From: a virus | Taxonomy: Duplodnaviria; Caudoviricetes | DNA length: 29,162 bases | Virus record (IMG/VR): IMGVR_UViG_3300035135_001003 | Coordinates: 1-29,162 of that record | Reading direction: 5' to 3' (one strand) | Shown here: positions 26,814 to 29,162 of the stretch, one piece after another | How the letters are laid out: every line of letters begins with the position of its first letter | Position numbering within the stretch: the stretch's first letter is position 1 | Notes under the pieces: model-generated | What the model was told of the DNA's origin: nothing | The model's input: only the letters and a program-made list of their open reading frames with translations | Database searches by the model: none | Translations under genes and position numbers: made by a program

Positions 26814-27784
26814 TGAGTAGTTTAAGTGTTGGAGAATTAAGAGGACTGGCGGCAAACAACACCGTCATTGTTCCTGCAAACCAAACCCTTCAAATTAATG
26901 GTGGATTTAAAGTTCCTACCTGGACGACAGCAGGTCGCCCTGCTAATTTGACAGGATCTTTTGGTTATAATACAGAAAATGAAGTTCTAGAATTTTACAA
27001 CGGAACTGAATGGGTAGAAGCGGGCGGATCGTCTGTTCCAGATGGATCATCTGCTGAAAAAGCAGCACCATCTGCTCAGGATATTAAATTAGCAAACCCA
27101 TCCGCAGGTGATGGTGTTTATTGGATCGATCTTCCAAGTTCTGGTCCAACCCAGTTGTATTGTATCATGAATAGTGCATATGACCAAGGTGGTTGGCAGA
27201 TGGCAATGAAGGCAACTAGAGGTGGTACTTTTGAATATGACTCTGGTTACTGGACAAATGGAAATACATTAAACACTAGTGCTACAAACCAGAATGATGG
27301 AGACGCAAAGTTTGCATCATTTAACAACTTCAATGCAAAAGATATTTTTGCACGATGGCCTGACATTGGATCTGGTGGAAGTATTGGTGGTCTAGGAAAC
27401 TGGACATGGTTGGAAAATAATTTCTACGGTGGAAATAGAATTACACTAAGAAGTTTGTTTAGTTCTGTTGATAGATACTTTATCAGAGACGCTCTGAACT
27501 TCAGTGGTTGGGGTGGTCCTTGGAGCACTCAGAATGACGTTAGATTCTATGGATTTAACTACAGATCTAACGGTACAGACACAAGAACTCGCTGGGGATT
27601 TGGTTGGAATGAAAATGGCGGCGGTCTCTATCCTAATGGCAACATGGGTAGTGATGATGTTGGTGGTGGTATTGGTATGAAGTATCGTGGTGGATCTAGA
27701 TGGTCTGCTGGTGATGTTGTTGGTTGTTGCCAAAACCGTACTGGCATGAGAAGAAACGCTCGCGTGGAGATTTACGTAAGATGA
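26813..27784 (+). CDS. Putative tail-tip adhesin 1: short N-terminal fibre module plus fibrinogen-like (YCxM..GGW) domain, 323 aa
   Basis: TAATG coupling to the fibre gene. N-module PTWTTAGRP..GSFGYNT..LEFYNGTEW, then SAQDIK..P.AGDGVYWI..LYCIM..GGWQMAMK resembling the start of fibrinogen-C/intelectin-like domains. Trp/Gly/Asn-rich C-terminus. Confidence 0.75.
   Translation: MSSLSVGELRGLAANNTVIVPANQTLQINGGFKVPTWTTAGRPANLTGSFGYNTENEVLEFYNGTEWVEAGGSSVPDGSSAEKAAPSAQDIKLANPSAGDGVYWIDLPSSGPTQLYCIMNSAYDQGGWQMAMKATRGGTFEYDSGYWTNGNTLNTSATNQNDGDAKFASFNNFNAKDIFARWPDIGSGGSIGGLGNWTWLENNFYGGNRITLRSLFSSVDRYFIRDALNFSGWGGPWSTQNDVRFYGFNYRSNGTDTRTRWGFGWNENGGGLYPNGNMGSDDVGGGIGMKYRGGSRWSAGDVVGCCQNRTGMRRNARVEIYVR
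27041..27075 (+). repeat. 35-bp perfect direct repeat, copy 1
   Basis: GATGGATCATCTGCTGAAAAAGCAGCACCATCTGC, identical to 28382-28416. Confidence 0.95.
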
Positions 27785-28152
27785 ACGTAGAATTAACAGA
27801 AGAAGAATACAAACATATTATTGAACTCAGAAAGTCTAGGTATTACTTAGATATTACTGAGGACGAGTATGAGATGCTCAGAAATCGTAAAGAGATGAGC
27901 AAGAAACATACAGATAAATATGTAGAGAATATCGAGAAAATCAAAAAGGAAGCGGCAAACGCTTACATTGCGAAGTCTGCAAATGATTTGCTAGACAGAG
28001 TAAATGATTTAAAACTCGGTAAGTATGATAAAGGATCTTTTGCAAACTCCCCTGGTTTCTTGTCCAATTATAATCAGGATACACCAGAGAGAATCCAAGC
28101 AGAAGCTCTTAATCATATGATTCGCGCAATCGCAGCAGTATACCCGAATTGA
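27781..28152 (+). CDS. Small charged helical protein, 123 aa (true start probably 27781, not 27724); possible fibre/adhesin assembly chaperone
   Basis: ATGA overlap with the upstream stop and GGAG at 27766-27769. Begins MNVELTEEEYKHII..LDITEDEYEML, a duplicated [LI]TxxEY motif. Confidence 0.75.
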   Translation: MNVELTEEEYKHIIELRKSRYYLDITEDEYEMLRNRKEMSKKHTDKYVENIEKIKKEAANAYIAKSANDLLDRVNDLKLGKYDKGSFANSPGFLSNYNQDTPERIQAEALNHMIRAIAAVYPN

Positions 28153-28153
28153 A

Positions 28154-29089
28154 ATGTCACAGATTAACGTAACCAGGGTTTCATCTCTACAGGGTAACAA
28201 TTCGTTATCCGTTGATTCCAATGGCACATGTGATGTCACTGGAAACCTTAGAATCAAAAGATGGACCAACTCTAGTAGACCAAGCAGTCCTCAGATCGGT
28301 ATGATCGGATTTAATACCGATGAAGAGTCCGCAGAAGTTTATGATGGAACTGAGTGGTCTGGTTTTGGTGGATCTAAGATCGATGGATCATCTGCTGAAA
28401 AAGCAGCACCATCTGCAGCAGCAATTCTTGCAGTAAACCCAGCAGCAGCTGATGGTGTTTACTGGATTTCTCTTCCCACTGTTGGTGCTACTCAGGTTTA
28501 TTGCGCTATGGGAAGTAATCACCTAGGTGGCGGTGGTTGGATGCTTGCTTGGAAGTGTACCAGAGGAAACACTTTCAACTATAACAACTCTTACTGGTCT
28601 CAGTCAAATACTTATAATGCTACCACTCAGTTGAATAGAAACGATGGTGACCATAAGAACCACGTTTTCAACTACTACAACGCATCTACAATGTGTGCGG
28701 TGTTCCCAGACTTGGGTAGTAATGGTGGTCAGTCTTCTGTCCCATACACTGCATGGACATGGAGACAGGGTACAGGATCTACATGCCTTTCCAGATTGCA
28801 AAGTCAGCAGCAATTGTCTGGCAACCCTCGTGGTAATAGTATGTGGCAGGGTTCCAGATTCTCTAACCAAAATGGTTTCCAGTGGTATGGATTTAACTAT
28901 AGAGGAAATGGTAACAACCGAGTTCGTTGGGGATTTGGTTGGAACAACGAAGGCGACCAAGGATCTAATGATGTCTCTGGTGGCATTGGCGTCCAGCGTT
29001 CTGGTGCTTCTGCAGGAGATCATATCTACTGCTGCCAAGGCACTACTGGTGTAAATAGAACTATCAGAGCGGAGATCTGGGTACAATGA
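28154..29089 (+). CDS. Putative tail-tip adhesin 2, paralogue of 26813..27784, 311 aa
   Basis: Same architecture: WTNSSRP..GMIGFNT..EVYDGTEW, DGSSAEKAAPSA, DGVYWI.LP..VYCAM..GGGGWMLAWK, YGFNYR, RWGFGWN, S.DV.GGIG, SAGD...CCQ. Confidence 0.75.
   Translation: MSQINVTRVSSLQGNNSLSVDSNGTCDVTGNLRIKRWTNSSRPSSPQIGMIGFNTDEESAEVYDGTEWSGFGGSKIDGSSAEKAAPSAAAILAVNPAAADGVYWISLPTVGATQVYCAMGSNHLGGGGWMLAWKCTRGNTFNYNNSYWSQSNTYNATTQLNRNDGDHKNHVFNYYNASTMCAVFPDLGSNGGQSSVPYTAWTWRQGTGSTCLSRLQSQQQLSGNPRGNSMWQGSRFSNQNGFQWYGFNYRGNGNNRVRWGFGWNNEGDQGSNDVSGGIGVQRSGASAGDHIYCCQGTTGVNRTIRAEIWVQ
28382..28416 (+). repeat. 35-bp perfect direct repeat, copy 2
   Basis: Identical to 27041-27075. Confidence 0.95.
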
Positions 29090-29162
29090 AGTTGACTCCT
29101 GAAGAATACTTGTTCCTTTTAGAGAGAAGAGGAGCTTTAAGTGTAACCGATGAGGAAAAAGA
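29086..29162 (+). CDS. 5' fragment of a second small LTxEEY protein (paralogue of 27781..28152), absent from the ORF track
   Basis: ATGA overlap with the adhesin 2 stop; GGAG at 29071-29074. Translates MKLTPEEYLFLLERRGALSVTDEEK and is open to the window end. Confidence 0.75.
   Translation, partial: MKLTPEEYLFLLERRGALSVTDEEK

Noticed and set aside
27724-27780. Upstream start for the 142-aa ORF
   Set aside because: It would overlap adhesin 1 by 61 nt. ATG 27781 has an SD and ATGA coupling and matches the paralogue start at 29086.
27041-28416. Invertase shufflon, att site or CRISPR reading of the 35-bp repeat
   Set aside because: There are only two copies, in direct orientation, in frame and 1341 bp apart, with no recombinase or cas gene in the window.
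28604-29086. 160-aa antisense ORF and 136-aa alternative-frame ORF (28644-29054) in adhesin 2
   Set aside because: There is no equivalent conserved protein in the paralogous gene and no SD or promoter support.
26813-29089. Diversity-generating retroelement (TR/VR) reading of the adhesin repeats
   Set aside because: No reverse transcriptase is present, both copies are coding, and the differences are not adenine-specific.

Overview
This window is a gene-dense, all plus-strand virion morphogenesis block from a T4-like myovirus, most likely a marine cyanophage. That call rests on gene order, recalled motifs and TATAAATA late promoters, not on a database search. Gene order: 3' part of a baseplate protein (probably gp7-like), gp8 baseplate wedge, terminator and promoter, a 2820-aa VrlC-like baseplate protein, a 68-aa coiled-coil protein, a 1717-aa modular structural protein, a 166-aa protein, a 3044-aa giant fibre-like protein, then two tandem cassettes of [fibrinogen-like putative adhesin + small LTxEEY protein], the second truncated. 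The strongest unexplained signal is two phycobiliprotein (globin-fold)-like helical domains inserted into the split beta-helix of the 3044-aa protein, with Cys at positions equivalent to both bilin attachment sites (C84-type CxRD and C155-type). Also notable are an intact amicyanin-type H...CxxHxxM copper motif in the 1717-aa protein and a perfect 35-bp repeat at the domain junction of the two adhesin paralogues. No RNA genes, CRISPR array, integrase, transposase or reverse transcriptase were seen. Homology statements come from memory and eye alignment and need HMM or structure confirmation.
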